A DNA stretch of 64,000 bases from positions 1,736,001 through 1,800,000 of the forward strand of contig CM022666.1 of the NCBI GenBank assembly GCA_012295275.1, written 5' to 3'. The DNA is from Chrysomallon squamiferum. Taxonomy: Eukaryota > Animalia > Mollusca. Position numbers and translations under genes: made by a program. Below are positions 61,843-64,000 of this stretch, one piece after another. The notes beneath the pieces were generated by a model. That model was not told where the DNA came from. It saw only the letters and a program-made list of their open reading frames with translations, and made no database searches. Positions within the stretch are counted from its first letter, which is position 1. Each line of letters begins with the position of its first letter.

Positions 61843-63521
61843 CACACCAAAGCGCGTGCTTATGTTAACACATTGGCACAAAGATGGCTGACGTTAATAA
61901 CATACAAAGCGCAAAGCACGTTAAGCAAATACGTTTGAAAAATATCAATAACTCACAAAACTTTCCGTTTTCATTAAACTGAAAAAAACAACACAATAAT
62001 AATAATACAATAAATTTAGTATAAATTCGTTATTCCTTGTACGTTAGGTTCATGTGTATGTCACACATGCGTATACCAGTCTGTACGTAAGTGAGTGCAT
62101 GTGTGTATGTGTGCTTACATACACACACACACACGCACTCACACACACAAATACGCAAACATATGTACACTGTACGTACACGAACAAAATAAACTGAAAA
62201 GAAATATTGAAATCTGACAGGTCAAAAGTAACGATAGCGAATTTTCACCAGGGAACAAACCAACCGTTAATCTGCGCATTTTTGGCCACGCACGTGTCTG
62301 TGATTTCGTCATAGCAGAGGTCACCTGGACAGCTTGAGGTCAAAATGATGCCAGGGATACAGGTAATATATAAGCGACAGTCGAATGGGTGTTGAAGTCG
62401 ATGCATAGGCTGGTATGAATCACAGATAGTGCCTGGAATGTTTGTAAATCTACATGGTAAAGTATTTTTCGTTGACGTAAAAAAACATGAGTGGTGCTGT
62501 TGTTGGTTTTTCTTGACTGCGTGAAAGAGAGTTTAGCAATGCAAGGGAGGTAACTCGTATTAGACGGGAAAAGTAGTATGGGATAAGGTGGAATTTTCTT
62601 CGAAATATATTAATGAAAAACATTAAAAAAAAAATTATAATAAAATGACAGAACCGAGCAGAAAGAAAAGTCATAAAAGGTAGTATAATTAAAATGCTGA
62701 TAAGGAAACAAAGAAAAAAGAAAAAGGAGGAAAAGGATGAGAAAAAAACGAAGAAAAAAAGAAGAAAAAACAAACAAAGAGTCGAAAAAAGAAGACACTA
62801 AAAAAAATTCTAAAAAAAATAAAATTAAATAAAAATAATAATAATAATAAAAATTTAAAGCAGAATAAACAAGCAGTATTAACCACCATTTCATACCTGG
62901 CAGTACAAAAATGTCCTTGACCTCTGACACAGCGCTAGGCATTTCGGTTTCGCATCTGATCTCCGTGCCGTTCCAAGAGAGGTCAAAGGTCGTAGTTAGC
63001 TCCCTTTCCAGCGACAGCGAACAGGTGTCGTTTTGAGCTAGGATTTCTTTGTCGCCTGCGAAACTATGCTCTGCAAAGGTTGCCTCCCCTGGCTGCTTCA
63101 CAGACCAGTATATACGTCCTTCCGGTTCCACAAGTCCGCTGCATCTCAGAGTAACTGTTTGGTTTTCCTGGATGTCCGTTCGTACGTCTATGTTAACTGG
63201 AGATGTGGGGACTGAAACGAAACAATTTGAAAGTTTACGTTTATAATAATAATAATATGGATAGTAATAATAGTAGTAATAGTAATGGTAACAGTAATAA
63301 TTATAATAATAATAATTATAATAATAGTAAAAATAATAATAATAATATGGGTAGTAATAACAGTAGTAATAGTAATGGTAATAATAATAATTATAATAAT
63401 AACAGTAATAATAATAATAGTAATAATAATAATAATAATAATAATATGGGTAGTAATAATAGTAGTAATAGTAATAGTAATAATAATAATTATAATAACA
63501 ACAGTAATAATAATAATAATA

Positions 63522-63569
<48 letters not shown>

Positions 63570-63931
63570 GTAGTAATAATAATAGTAATAATAATAATCT
63601 CTATACTTACACGTCAGGTCCACAGATCCTATAGACCTCACACCAGTATTCGCGATACAGAAATACGTTCCGATGTCAAGACAGGTTATGTTTTTGAAAT
63701 CAACGTAGAAGTAAAATGTGTCCGGTCCTGTCTGATTCCTGCCCGGAGTGATGTTCGGCAGAAACACGTTATTAGTTCCGGTGACGGCGAAACCGGAAAC
63801 AGCCTTGAAGCCGGAGGTATTCGGACCTTTCCGGAAGAATCCGACCAACGCCCAGTTGGGTTCGCCGCTGAAGTAACAACCAAGTCGAGGACTGCTGTAC
63901 AAGTCGGCTGTAATGTTGTCCATCAGAATCA
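60674..63931 (-). CDS. Ig-like x2 plus chitin-binding type-2 (peritrophin-A/CBM14) x2 protein, VCBP-like; 5' part beyond the window. Exons 63931-63611, 63211-62897, 62432-62265, 60894-60674
   Basis: Exon 1 is Ig V-like: LGCYF...W...FKNITCLDIGTYFCIA (D-x-G-x-Y-x-C). Exon 2 is Ig-like: VTLRCSG...IYW...WNGTEIRCE. Exon 3: C...HPFDCRLYITC...SCPGDLCYD...TC. Exon 4: C...SCTSYSWC...QACPGGTYF...PC...FC*. All junctions are GT-AG and phase 1. The exon 3 donor and any extra microexons are less certain. Confidence 0.85.
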
Positions 63932-63958
63932 CTGGAAGATAAAAAAATACATATTTTA

Positions 63959-64000
<42 letters not shown>

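Noticed and set aside
61355-61978. Possible microexons of the Ig-chitin-binding gene (61390-61355 and 61978-61957)
   Set aside because: One has a weak donor and the other is phase-incompatible with the modelled upstream donor; not supportable without RNA data.
62610-63932. 440-aa ORF with a huge poly-Tyr insert
   Set aside because: The Tyr tract is a (TAT)n intron bounded by GTAAGT at 63610 and AG at 63212-63213; it happens to stay open in frame.

Overview
AT-rich, microsatellite-dense animal genomic DNA, probably from a lophotrochozoan such as a mollusc (inference from gene content and style; not determinable from sequence). I hand-spliced five protein-coding genes. (1) The 3' part of a myosin VII-family MyTH4-FERM myosin (+, 132-9668). 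It has a minor-spliceosome AT-AC intron and, as assembled, lacks the FERM1 F3 lobe and the SH3 domain. (2) A compact jitterbug/FLN-2-type filamin with 3 CH domains and about 8 Ig repeats (-, 16770-48858). Twelve of its exons occur twice, either side of a 200-N gap, most likely an uncollapsed haplotype. (3) A small orphan type II membrane protein (-, 51941-54600). (4) An orphan helical protein ending in FLLGR* (+, about 56412-58723). (5) The 3' part of a gene joining two Ig-like domains to two chitin-binding type-2 (peritrophin-A/CBM14) domains, one domain per phase-1 exon (-, 60674-63931). This VCBP-like architecture is the best candidate for an undescribed immune or chitin-recognition system. 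A decayed Tx1/L1-clade LINE lies at about 13300-16200. Most ORFs in the supplied track are microsatellite artefacts.
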